Source: the human T2T-CHM13v2.0 reference genome, Homo sapiens
NCBI RefSeq assembly: GCF_009914755.1
Contig: NC_060937.1
Direction: 5' to 3' (one strand)
Length of the DNA: 64,000 nt
The translations under genes and the position numbers were made by a program. This document shows positions 28,265 to 45,107 of this stretch, piece by piece; position 1 is the first letter of the stretch; every line of letters starts with the position of its first letter. Below the pieces are notes generated by a model. It made no database searches. It had not been told where the DNA came from and saw only the letters and a list, made by a program, of their open reading frames with translations.

Positions 28265-29554
28265 AGTCATGTATTTAGAAAATATTTTTTACATTTTATT
28301 GTGATAAGATGGAATGTTTGTAATATGATGTCTCTGGGCCTTCTATATGAATTTTCCTTTTAGTAGAACTGTTTTTTCCCACTGTGTGTGCCTGGCTTAA
28401 TTTAACTCATTTCTTCAAATTTGTTCTGACTCTTGTGTCTTTCACCCTCTCTCTACAGGGTCTCTAGGGCATGGCTGCCTCATAACCTTTACCACACTGA
28501 CTTACAGATGTTGCTTTACTTGGCTAGACCCAGCAGAAGTGAGTGTTGAGAGAAATGATGTGTTCATCTATTCCATGATCTCAACAAAATGATTGGCCCA
28601 AGTAACATGATTTTTTTCAATCAGTGAAAAAAACGAATGTTTTCATTTCATAAATATATTATTTCTAGTCTATTATCCTATGAATATCCCTCAATAAAAT
28701 AATGTGTGGCCTGATAAATAGCAAAGAGATTTTCTTTCTGGCCATGATTAACCAAGAAATGTGCTCTCACAAAGAACTAAAAAAAAAAAAAAAGAATGTT
28801 ATTTGACAGGTTAAATAAAAAGCATAACAGCTTTATTTTTGAACAAGTTCTTATTTGGGAAAGAGTTTCACATTTCATTTATTATGTAATTACCTATCCC
28901 ATCTTTTGGAATGACCAATAATTTATTATATCCCATGCTATAATCTTTCTTCATGGGTTTTTCTTAGACATTAATTTTCTCTTGAAGTTAATGCAGATTA
29001 TGATTTTTAGGCCAGAGGCAAAGGATTAGAAAATAATGTTATGTCATTTTATTATAAGAAAAAGTACAGTTTTTTTAAAGGAGTATGATTAGTTTCTATG
29101 ACCTCAATGTCTGGACATGTGTCAATAGTGTGTGGTGAAAAAAGAGGCCTTCGAAGGCCTTTGGTAGCTTAGTGTGTGCATTTTTCAGATACGACTGTAT
29201 GGTCTCATTATTTCTATACAAGGAATTTATTGTTCCATTGATCTTGTGTATTTCTGTTTGCCTTTGATAGAAAACAGAAATGACAGAATTGTCAATGTAA
29301 ATGGAAACCTACTTAAATAGTATGTCTCTCCTTGAGCTTTGCAGGTTGGCTTTTAAGCATTGATCTGTTATTTGGTTGATAAGCTTGACTGTCAAGTTTA
29401 CTTAGTAATTTAGTTTTAGATCCCTTTATGTTTTATGTTCCCCAAGTAGTCCAGATACAGAAGCAAACACTATTGTTGTTTCTTTTTCTTTTTGTTTTTT
29501 TTCCTAATTGCTAAGTGGGATTCTTATTTATTGATAGCCTTTAATTTTGTTGTG

Positions 29555-30155
<601 letters not shown>

Positions 30156-30189
30156 CCTTAATTTTTTTAACAGACTTTTAAAAGACTTT

Positions 30190-32110
30190 AAATTTATAGA
30201 CATATCCCTTTAATACTGTATAAGCTGGCTCATCACAAATTTTTATCTCTAATACTACTTTAATTTTTGTTCAGTTTGAAAATGTGTTCTAATTTTTATT
30301 ATGCTTTTGTTCTTTAACTTGTGAATTATTCAGACATATGTTTTAAATTTTCTAATATATGAAGTTTTTATGTTGTCTGTTATTGATTTCTCTTTCCTCT
30401 TGTGTTTTCCAAGTTGTCTTTTTTTAGTTATTCCCATTTTCTTCTGTATTGTATATAATTTTCTCCTGTACTATCTGAACTTCCGTTTAAGCAGGCGCAT
30501 TTGTTCTAGTTTGTTTTATATTTCAAAAAGCAAAGAAAACCTTGACTCACATTGCACCTTGTACAACTCATTTTTCAGCTCTTCTTTACAGCAAAAGACT
30601 TTGAAGGAGGCCATAGAGTTGGTGTTTCCACTTAGTCTCCTCCCTTTCTCTTCATGACCCATGTTAGCTGGCTTGCTGTCCCCACCATTCTTCTGCAATT
30701 GCTTTAGTGACCTCGATGTTACCAAATCCAGTGGTGGTGTTTTGGACTGATTATCTATCTACTATTCTATCAATGAGTGAAATCAGGATATTGAAATCTA
30801 TGACTTTAATTGTGGATTTTTCCTTTTTCTCTTTGTAGTTCAAGTATTTCTTGCTTCAGGTATTTTGAATTTTGTTATTGAGTTCACAAACATTAGTGAT
30901 TGCTATACCTTCGTGATAAATTGATCCTTTTATCATTAGGAATGATCTTTGTAGTTGATAATATCCTTTCTTCTGAAATATTTTTGATATTTCATATAGC
31001 CATTCTGGTTTAATGTAATTAATAAAGCAATGTATCTTTTTGATATATATTTTTTCATTCTTATAATTTTAATCTATTGTTGTCTTATATTAAAGTATAT
31101 TTCTTATAGGCAGTGTGTAATTGAGTCTTGTTTTTTATCCAATATGTTTATCTCTGCCTTTAAATTATTATGGCTAGATCACATGCTATGTGATTACATT
31201 AGTATGGCTAGATCACATGCTATGTGGTTAAATATATTGTTAGGTTTAAATCTATTATCAGTTTTAATGTCTTTCCTGACAATTATAATACACTGTCAAT
31301 TCTGCATTGGCTTTGACGTATTGGTTTTTCTTTTGATTATGAGTTGTGTTTTCCTTATTGTTTGCATGCCTCATAGTTTTTGATCGAATATCAGACATTG
31401 TGAACTTTACCTTTTAGGGTGCTGGGTTATTTTATATTCCTATAAATATTCTTGAGATTTGTTCTGGGATACAGTTAAGTTTTATATTTTGGGTCTTTCT
31501 TTTCAGACTTCTGGGTGGGACAAGAATTATGTTTAGTATAAGGTTAATTTTTCCTTACCACAAGGCAAGACCCTTCTGTGTACTCTCTCCAGTGCCCGGT
31601 GAATTATGAGGTTTCCCAGTGTTGCTGGTAGGGACAGTCACTATCTGTCACTGTAAGAGTTGGGTATTCTCTCTAATTCTTTTGGGTGTTATTTTCCGTG
31701 CCTTTCCTAGTAGCCTTACATGAATAGACTGATCAATATTCTGGTGAATACTCCAGAACCCTCATTGAATCTCTGAAGTTCTCTCACCTTTTTGATGTTG
31801 TCTTGCAAACTCTGCCGCTTTGATTTCTCCAGACTCTCTGCAGTGTCTCCCTAACTCAATAAATCTTCCTGGCTCTGCATGAGCTCCTCTGCCCACTGCA
31901 AGGCCTGGAAACTCTCTCAAAGCAGTAAACTTGGGTAATTGTAAGACTCCAATTGTTTTTTCTCCAGCTTCAAGGATCACTGTCTTTTACTGCCTGGCAT
32001 CCAGCACCTTGAAAATCATTGGTTCCCATATTTTGTTATCTTTTATTGTTGTTCACTTCTGGCATGATGCTAGATCTAGTGTCTGTTATTCAATCTTGGT
32101 CAGAAGCAGA
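30190..32110 (-). mobile_element. Ancient L1 (L1M-like) fragments, with an L2-like piece near 30450-30740
   Basis: ttgaaatct...taattgtggattt, aattgatccttttatcatt, tttcttataggcag reverse L1 ORF2 text; boundaries approximate. Confidence 0.65.
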
Positions 32111-33542
32111 AGTCAAAATCCTTTTCAGTTTTCGTTAGTATAATTAATTTATCAAAATTAATTCCCTCATTTGTGGCATAGATTAACTACCTTTCCAGCA
32201 TCTAACTTACTTGTAATTTGCAAATCTTGTTTGGAGCTCACCTTCTGATGAATATTTTTCTTTATATGGCCTTCCAGTTTGTTAATTTTGAGCCTGCCAA
32301 TACCCTAGCATCACTGGGTGTGCAACCTCAGTTTATGTCAGCACCTCAACTCATGAGTTTTTCCCATAGTTGTTTATTTGGTTATGAGATTTTACTGCCT
32401 GCGCAAACACCTCCTTGAAATATAGACCCATTTCAAACCATACTCACTAAGTTTGAACCCACATCTTGGCCACAGGGAACAATTTATTTTTGTTAGGTAC
32501 ATGAGGAGGGGGCACTATTTCTATCCCCCTTCATGGCAGAAACTGCATTCCTAATTCCTGACTTTACAAGGTATACCTGTTTTTGTCCTGGGGTCCAAAA
32601 TGGGGCATATTCCTTATGGCATTATCCCTGATACCCTTTCAGCTTGTCTGTGGGCTGTTGATTTCAGCTCCTGTTTGCTACTCTGAGTTCTCTGTTCATT
32701 TCTGGTTCTTAGAGATTTTATTTACTTGAATTTTTCAAGCATGGAATGTTTTCTATTGAGTTTGTATTTTTTTTTTAGCAGAAAAAGCGGATGCTCAATT
32801 TATGTTGAATCCACTGTTTCACCCAGAACACTTTGTAAAAAACATCAGAAAATAGAGACCATGAGAGAGGTAACAATAATTTCAGTAACCCTCGAGTCTA
32901 TCTTCTTTAAAACTCTACAAGTTTACATTTCTGAACTATTTTTCTATAGATTTTGTGCTTATCTTGTCAGAGATTCTATTTAAAGCCTTTAGAAAATTCA
33001 AAACTTAAATTATGAATGATGGTAAAGATTTCTGCCAAGGCTGTTGCTCTTCTAGTGCTTTTCAGAATTCTGGTAATAACTGGAAAAAGGTAGAAACTAG
33101 CTTGTAAAGTACCAGTGACGATGCACTTTTTATATTGTGTGGCATGAGATTTATCTTCTAGTAAAATTGAAAAAAAAACTCTTAAATTATATAAATATTT
33201 ATAAACAAATATAACATGTTTACAGATATGTTACAGGTAGAGCTCTTTCACTAAAACCCATTCACAGGGAGTGCAGAAAATGAGTATCTGATTAGAATAT
33301 CTAAAAATGAAAAAAAGATTCTGGTTGTGGTCAATATGACCTAACCTTGATTTTCAACATTCTTTCTTTGCCAATCACTGGCATTCTTGTAGGCCCAAAG
33401 TTCTTGTATCCCTTGGTTCATTTCTACCTTTGATATGTTGTATTTAATTGTTTTATACAGGAGCATTGATTTCATATTAAATATATTTTTCTAAATGTCA
33501 TATACTTTTAGAAAAATAAATATATTTTTCTAAATGTCATAT

Positions 33543-33753
33543 GACCCCAGGGCAAAAACAAGTATATCATGTAAAGTCAGGAATTAGGAATGCAGTTTCT
33601 GGCATGAAAAGGGATAGAAATAGTGCCCCCTCCTCATCTACCTAACAAAAATAAGTTGTATACTAGGGTATTGGTAGGCTCAAAATTAACTAACTGGAAA
33701 GCTATATAAAGAAAAATATTCATCAGAAGGTGAGCTCAAAACAAGATTTGCAA
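33543..33753 (-). repeat. Inverted two-piece copy of 32218-32308 and 32479-32595
   Basis: Reverse complement aligns at about 90% or better to both source segments. Confidence 0.95.
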
Positions 33754-33877
33754 TACTAGTTAACATATACTAATTGAAGTATATGATCTACTAGTATAAA
33801 GTATATAGTTTCAGTTATTTTGAAAAAGAAGTTCTACAAGTGCCAAAGGTTATCTTTACTATAATATTTTAATCACC

Positions 33878-33983
33878 TATTTATTTTTTAATTTCAGCAG
33901 CTTTTGGGGTATCAAGTGGTTTTTGATGACATGGATGAATTGTAGAGTGGCCTGAGATTTTAGTGTATTCATCGCTTGACTAG
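33878..33983 (-). mobile_element. Short L1 3'-end fragment (L1PB/L1MA-like)
   Basis: gcttttggggtatcaagtggtttttgatgacatggatgaattgtagagtgg...gagattttagtg. Confidence 0.75.
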
Positions 33984-34777
33984 ACATCTTTTTAAATGCC
34001 TAGTAATTTAAAAATTTCCTATGAAATATTATTCCATACTTATAATTATCCTTGCAGAGATACTAATCTGTGATGGAACTTGTTTTCTCATTTGGCTAAA
34101 TGTCAGTCTTTCCCTCATCTTGTTGCATCTTATTTGTATACAGTTACTAAAAATATAACTACTCTTAACATTTGTATGTTCAGAATGCTTAAGTTACTAG
34201 CTACCAAGTTTCTTTATATTTTTATCTTATCATAAATCAAGCCTGATGACTGATTAGTATAATTGTTATTTTTGAGCATTTGGACACAGAATAGCCATAA
34301 GTAAACATCATCATTAAAAAAATTCTGTTTATATAATTCATTCACATAAGAGTCCAGTCCATAGAAACTATCTAACACAAATAATAATGTGCACACTTAA
34401 AACTCAATACTATAATTAAAAAAATATACATAAGTAAAAACATTAAATTCAGTCATCATGGGAACAATGCACTTTTGTAAAGTAGTGAAATTAATTTACA
34501 TAAGTTACAAAAGAAAATCCATCTCATTAATTCATAATTACATAGTCCTCCATTTCAGGGTGGGATTGGCAGAATGATAATTATGTGCTCATTCATGAAA
34601 ACATGTTATAAATTGGATAAGCTATATTTAAATACACTGAGGCTCTCTAGCACCTAAAAGTCTAATGATGATGTGGTCTGTCAAAACTGAAAATATTTGC
34701 GGGCTTATCTAATTAGTAGAAATAGTCCAAAAATCTTTATGAAAAGATAAGCATGTATACATAGTTAAGAGCTCAGC

Positions 34778-35065
34778 TTTTTTGAAACGGAGCCTTGCTG
34801 TGTTACCCAGGCTGGAGTGCAGTGGTGCGATCTTGGCTCACTGCCACCTCTGCCTCCTGGGTTCAAGCAATTCTCTGCCTCAGCCTCCCAAGTAGCTGGG
34901 ATTATAGGCACATGCCACCACACCCAGCTAATTTTTTTGTATTTTTAGAGGAGACGGGGTTTCACCATCTTGGCCAGGCTGGTCTTGAACTCCTGATCTC
35001 ACAATACACCCGCCTTGGCCTCCCAAAGTGCTGTGATTACAGGCATGAGCCACAGCACCCAGCCT
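34778..35065 (-). mobile_element. Alu (AluS-like)
   Basis: Reverse Alu dimer with short T tail. Confidence 0.94.
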
Positions 35066-35149
35066 ACTTTTTTATAATTAAATACAGCTACTTGATCTAG
35101 CAAAAATCTATAGATACATTAGATTTATCATGGTAATCGTTCATTTTAC

Positions 35150-35195
35150 AGAGAGAGAGAGAGAGAGAGAGAGAGTGTGTGTGTGTGTGTGTGTA
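35150..35195. repeat. (GA)n(GT)n compound microsatellite
   Basis: Direct reading. Confidence 0.95.
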
Positions 35196-35216
35196 TAGAC
35201 ATGTATATAAAGACAT

Positions 35217-35316
35217 GGCTGGGCACAGTATATAAAGACTTGGCCTGCAGTGAGCCGAGATTGTGCCACTGCACTCCAGCCTGGGCAACAGAGTGAGATT
35301 CTATCTAAAAAAAAAA
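35217..35316 (+). mobile_element. Internally deleted Alu remnant
   Basis: ggctgggcacag start, 17-bp filler, then tgcagtgagccgagattgtgccactgcactccagcctgggcaac and an A tail. Confidence 0.8.
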
Positions 35317-35439
35317 TGTACATCATAAATATAAACAATTTTTATTTTTCAATTATTCTTCAATAAATCTGGAAAAAATAAAAATTAAAATAATGTTTAT
35401 GAGAATCAAAAAGACCCCATTATTTATGTTATTTTTATT

Positions 35440-35512
35440 ACTATTATTTTTTGAGATGGGGTCTCGCTCTGTCGCCCAGGCTGGAGTGCAGTGATGTGAT
35501 CTCAGCTCACTG
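35440..35512 (-). mobile_element. Alu 3'-end fragment
   Basis: ttttgagatggggtctcgctctgtcgcccaggctggagtgcagtg...gctcactg. Confidence 0.9.
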
Positions 35513-36259
35513 TTATGTTAGGTTTTATCAATAATTCTTATAGCAAACCCATTAAAATAATGCATATAATGCATCAGATTGCACTTGGGCATAATTATAG
35601 ACTTCTAAAGTTTTGTGTCTGTTATCTATTTCAGTATTACAGAATCGATTTAATGTCTGATTTTAATCTAATCATAGGAAGATGTATATACCTTTGGCAA
35701 ACCCTCCTCTTTCCCTCTATAATTAATTTCAGTCAACTAATTGGGAAATATATACTCAATACATAAAAGAAGGGGTGACATTTATCTTTATCTTAACCTA
35801 TAATAATTACAGCATTTTGTTAATATATTTATTGAATTTAGCTGTGTCTGGAACTATGTTCAAGACATTCTATTGGGTCTTATAAGAAAAGTCTGTTCTT
35901 AATGATGTTTTCATTGTGAGGGCATCTTCAAGATTTATTTTAAAGTTCTTTGAATGAAAAATGAAAGTCCAGTAGATAGTTTGACAGTTATTTTTTAAAA
36001 ACAACCAATCAACAATTATTCATAGAAATATGTACCTAACTCTGTGTTTGGTACAATAGGGCACCAAAAATATATGACACTCTGATCCACTGATTGCATG
36101 AAGAAAATATTACCTAATGAAATTTATCCCATCTTGGACTTAGGTTTTTCTCACAAAGCATAGAAGTGGATGCTTAAAATATCTGATATTGTTAGACATA
36201 AGATTAGAGATAAAATAAGGGAGAAGGGCAGAAGCTAAGAGGTCGTGAATGAGATAGGG

Positions 36260-36772
36260 CAGGGATCCCCAACCCCTGGGCCGTGGACCCCTACCAGTCC
36301 GTGGCCTGTTAGGAACCGGGCCACATAGTAAGAGATGAGCGGCAGGTGAGCAAGTGAAGCTTCATCTGTGTTTACAGCTGCTCCCCATCACCTGAGCTCC
36401 ACCTCCTGTCAGATTAGTGGTGGTATTTGATTCTCATAGGAGTGCGAATCCTATTGTAAACTCTGCATACGAGGGATCTCGGTTGCCCTCTGTTACGAGA
36501 ATCTAAAGCCCAATGATCTGTCACTGTCTCCCATCACCCCCAGATGGGACTGTCTAGTTGCAGGAAAACAAGCTCAGGGCTCCCACTGATTCTACATTAT
36601 GGTGAGTTGTATAATTATTTCATTATATATTACAGTGCAATAATAATAGAAATAAAGTATACAATAAATGTAATGCACTTAAATCATCCTGAAACCATCC
36701 CCCATGCTGGTCTGTGGAAAAATTGTCTTCCACAAAACCAGTCACTGTTGCCAAAAAGGTTGAGGAGTGCTG
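36260..36772. mobile_element. MER1A-like hAT-Charlie DNA transposon
   Basis: caggg.tccccaacccc ... aaggttgaggagtgctg ends; 8-bp TSD agataggg/ggataggg. Confidence 0.93.
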
Positions 36773-37859
36773 GGATAGGGTGGCTGGGAAATGTATTCAG
36801 TCTTCAAGCTCTCTTCACTGTCCAGTCAACAAGACAAATATTAGAAGTTAAGAAGGAGGAGCATGGTACAGTCTTGCATCTGGTGTCTTTTCTACCTTTT
36901 CCTTCAAGGTTTATCTGTGGGAGAATGTGATATATGCATTTACAGTAGTCCTGGATAGTGAAGAATTTTCTTTATTCATTCTTGAAATCTTTGTGTGTCC
37001 AGCACCGTTCCGGGCTTTGCGAGCACCTGACACAGATACAGTGGAATCCATTTGTAAGAGTGTATACTTAGCTAATTTGTTATAGCAGTCCTTTTAGATA
37101 AAAGTGAATCATTACTTATGCTGAAACCAAATGTAGGAATCTTCTGAGTGAGTTGACTTGCATGTATTCATCTTTGCAAGATAATAAGCAATTAACCCAG
37201 TGATTAGAGCACAGGAGATAATTTGTAATCATGGATGTAATAATGGAATTTAATTAACTTCAAATAAATATTTTAGTGAGGGTTCATTTGTACACCCAGA
37301 TATTTATTTATATTGTAATAGCTTTTATATTTTTGTCTTTAACCACTGCACCAAAAAATATGCAGCAAAGTTATTATCAATTTAAAAAGCCATGATCTAA
37401 AATGTCATAGCTTTTTAGTGTTTATAGCATTTGTATTATGATCAGTATGCAGATCACAAAAAGATTGACAGTCTTAACGTGATTGATGATATTGTTTTTC
37501 GGTTCCTGAACATATTGCTCTGATTCCTTCTGACAGTTTTGTTTGAGAGTGACTATCGGGTATGTAATTGGTGTTTCTTAATTGATCTAGGGTCATCATT
37601 TATAAAGCGTAGTTCAAGAAATCACCCTTTGTGATTATTAAAAGAAATAATCTTTTTTCTTCATTTGTAATTTGAGTTAGAATTGTCAAAAGGATATTGA
37701 TGAATAGGTCATATCTCTAGCAAGGAACTAAGATACGCCTAGAATATGGAGTTATGTGCCTTTTCTCAACTTCCTCAATCCATATTTGTTTGAATCCACC
37801 AATGTACATGAGGAATGAGGACTTTCTCTGTGAAAAGTGGCTGCTACATGTGAGTTTAG

Positions 37860-38090
37860 AAACATTTTGGCATGACTGGGGTAGTGGACATGTAATATTG
37901 TGAGAAAAGGATTCTGAGACTTTATTACAATGTGAATATATGTCAGAGGACTATGACTGGCCATGTATTACTGGAGCCAGAGGGCATTTCTAGTTCAGGG
38001 CAGAGTAAGATCCCTCTTGTTTGAACCGTTTCTCATCCAGACCACCTGGCAGGAAGAAAGGCTGAATGTGAAATTTTAAAGAGCTCTCTC
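37860..38090 (+). mobile_element. Possible L3/CR1 LINE fragment
   Basis: tgaatatatgtcag and atccctctt...cagaccacctgg resemble the CR1 ORF2 3' region. Confidence 0.45.
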
Positions 38091-38775
38091 CGTAAATGAT
38101 GTAGTGTCCTTGTGCTGCCAGCAGCTTGGCATGGGCCTTATGTAAGAGAGAGGAGTTGCTTCAGTCATAAGCAACAATGCTGACCAGCTCACTGAGCATT
38201 GAGTAATGGCTTAGAAGTGCACACCTTTGTCTCATGGTATTAGTGAATGACAAACACCAAGGTGCAGTCCACGGTTAGTGGCAGAAGTGGTCAGTGGCCC
38301 ATCCTGATCTCACAAAATTCTCAATGGGCTTTGCAGTGATGCTATGTCCACAGGGATATCTTTGAAGATTGCTAAGGCCCAAATGATGCAGGTGTTATTG
38401 CTGAATTTACTGAAATTTGTATGTGTAGGTTAATAGGATCTAAATCGTAAACACAGGCTGATTACACATATAATTTTGATATGAAGTTTTGAAGGGATTT
38501 GTTCTCTTTTTAGAGAGTCATTTACTCTTTTTTTTCAGTTGTATAATCAGTTTTTCAAAAAGTATTTAATGAGGTGAGAACATACAATATGCACTTATCT
38601 CTCTTTCTATCTGGATATAGATATAAATACATAGATAAAGATCTATCTATCTGTAAATATCTTCATCTATATTGGTTTAAGTTTCTTTCTTCCTCTTTTT
38701 TCCTTCTCTCTAATCCATTCATCAATTACCCTCTCCCTTTCTAGTAGTATTTTTTTTTCCTGCTGTTCTTACTAG

Positions 38776-41921
<3,146 letters not shown>

Positions 41922-43859
41922 TTACTCTTTATTTTTATTTAGTTAAACCTTCTGAGGAAATATTTGAAATGTCAAACAGATAGTAAATATGGAGTTCTAT
42001 TTTATCATATCAATAATGATCCAAGTGTGAAGAACTGAAAATCACCGGTGCACCTTGAAATTTTGACAAATGTTGGCTCTGAGAACCATATCGATCTGTG
42101 GTTGGATGTGGAGTTTGCTGAAGCAGGCATTTCGTAAGTCTTTACGTTCTTAGAAGATTTGGGAATTTGATAAAATTATTTTTTTCCTCAAGCAAACTGA
42201 AGGATTTACCCTTGCTACATATGCTTTTACACTTGGAGACGTGCTTGCCTAATGTGCTTTTCCTATCAAAAGGGAACATGATGGTGATGTAACTAGACAG
42301 CCTCCCTTTCCACATTCAGCAGGATTCATGCCCTGTACGTAGATGATAACACCAGTTCACAGAACAATCTTTTGGATTGAGGAATAAATGGAAAAAAAGC
42401 ACATTTTATTTATGTTTTATATGTAAATATAAGCAAAGGTTTTAGTAGAAAGCAGCATAATTACATAAACAAAAGTTTCATTTCTTGTCTTATTCCAAGA
42501 CGTTGTTCTTAGCCAATATAAGTGTGGCTTCGTATTCATGGCCACCCTTCTAGACAGTGGGAAGTTTTCCCTGAAAGACAATCACATGGAGGAAATCCAC
42601 AGTTCATGTTCCCTAACATTTGTATACTAAAAGCATGTAATAAATTAAGGCGTGGACCTTTAATTCCTTCCCAGGTGGAAGAAGTAGTGAGGTGCAAGAA
42701 AGCAGAGTTGAAAATAAGATTTAATATTGCTTTAGAATTTTTTCCCCGATTTTCTGAGTAATGGTGATTTTCTGAGATTCTTTCGAAGAAGGCTGCTTTT
42801 AGTTCAACAAGCATTATCCTCAAATAATATATTTATTGTAGAAATGCTATATGGAACATTTTCATATTATTAAACAAATCAAATTTTTAAATATGATTTC
42901 TTAAATGATTTTTCCCCAAGAAATAATAAGCCATTATAAAACAATGTTTCTCAAGTGACTTGTGTAGGGTAGATGGGAATATGGTGGTAAGGTGTGACAA
43001 TTTCCAGGGAACGCATTGATTATTCAGCAATTATTTATGGAGCATCGATAATAACCACTTGGTACTGTGGATTGTTATAACAATATAGTAATAGATGATA
43101 ATAAAATATAATTCATACCATTATATGGATTATTATATGGACTTGTTCTTACAAGTGCTAGGGCTGGAGTACAATAGTGAACAAGAACAAAATTTGTTTC
43201 TGTCATTAGAGAACAGGAAAGAGGAGAGTAGACTTCATTTCCAAAATGCTTGTACCGTGTCCCTATTTCACATGACTTTAGGCTATTATGTGATGCTCAG
43301 CTTCTTGCATATATTACATACATATTGTTGCAGGTAGAACCATAGTGTCCACTCACACACTTATTTGTCCCTTATGGGTGCTTTGTGACTGCAGCAGCAG
43401 CAGATAGGCATGTTATGTAGGGGCTGGGCCTAATTTCAGAGGGAGCTGAAATTGCACAAAAAGCAGATTGTATCATCTTAAATACCTACAGCTATCTAGG
43501 GCTGTTCAGGGGACTTTGTGGGGTGAGCCAAGAGAAAATGTTATAATTAAATAGATATGAGGTAAAAGAGAACCAATATTTGCTCATTTAAATTATATTT
43601 AGTTTTGTGTAATAAGATTTAGAAAGTTCCAAACTGGGATGATCTGAGCTGGTTTCAATGGTATTTGCTGTTAATGATTGGACATCAGTTCTGTGTATTT
43701 GCTTTCCCCTTTGATCATAGGGAAGGTAAATTTGTTTATTTAGAATTTGTTTATTTAGAATTTTGTTAGACTAATTGAATCAGACTATTAATAAAAAGTC
43801 AAATTCAGTGTGACAACATTGTAGGTGTGTGCCATCAAGGCATAAAATTTAGATTTGAG

Positions 43860-44192
<333 letters not shown>

Positions 44193-44638
44193 CTAATGAC
44201 ACAGGAGTTGGTGATAGTGTCCTTGTCAGGGAAGGAAAATCAATCTTTCAGGCATATTAAGTGAGGTAAATATTTTGTTGAAGAGGTTCTATCACTGCAA
44301 ATTCCAGTTAACAGCACCAGCTCTCTGAAATTAACAGGCCATGTAATTCTGAATCTAATAAGATTCGAATGCTGTATCATATTAGGTGCCAGTAGCTAAA
44401 GCTCTGAGAGCCGGGAGTGGTGGGAAGATGTAAACATGATCAGTTAGCTTCTTTTTGACAGCACCTTGGAATGAACTGACACAGGCAACAAATGGGATAG
44501 AACTGTGAAATAGCCAAAAACAATACAAGAGGCTGAGATAAAAACAGTTCATTTGGCAACGTACTGATTCCCAGGAGGGGAACACCTCATGCACCAGTAT
44601 CAACCCCAGAGGAGGACTCTAAACACGTCACCAATTTC

Positions 44639-45107
44639 TGTTAAGGTTCCTTAATCTGCCAGGTTTTGCACAAACCCAGCTGCCAGAGGTTTCACATAAA
44701 CCCAGCATATGAGTCGAATGAAACAAGATATTCACTCAAGATGTCAGGCAAAACAAATTTATTACTCACAGATAGGCAGTGAGGATAAACAGATCTGTGG
44801 CAAGGCCATCCCCCAAGGCTCAGGAAAGCTGGCCAGAGTGAATGGAATCTTGTCTGTGCCTACCCCACTTTGCTCTACAACTTTGGAACCCCCAAAGCAT
44901 TGCACTCTGGGTTTTTATATGCCAGAGTAAACTTTGCTCACTGGGCTGAAGTGTTTCAGGATGGATATGGAAAAAACCCAGGCTGTTCCAGATAGTTCTC
45001 CTTATCTCAGGATGTTACATTATCAGTACATTCGGCCTGAGAATTGCTAAGGAAAGGGGGAAGACATGGATTGGCCAGGGCGATTCAAAGACAGGTCCTC
45101 CTGCACA
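44639..45107 (-). mobile_element. Old ERVL-type solo LTR (MER74/MER73-like, tentative)
   Basis: TG...CA ends; reverse AATAAA (tttatt) at about 44758; reverse TATA (ttttata) at about 44913; no TSD seen. Confidence 0.6.

Noticed and set aside
29145-29160. Perfect 16-bp palindrome aggccttcgaaggcct
   Set aside because: About one such palindrome is expected by chance in 64 kb (64000 x 4^-8).
32309-32478. Skipped segment as a spliced-out intron of a retrocopy
   Set aside because: No GT-AG boundaries on either strand, and the copy lacks poly-A and TSD.
43728-43770. 15-bp tandem aatttgtttatttag and similar micro-duplications near 9643 and 51559
   Set aside because: Ordinary slippage products in AT-rich DNA.
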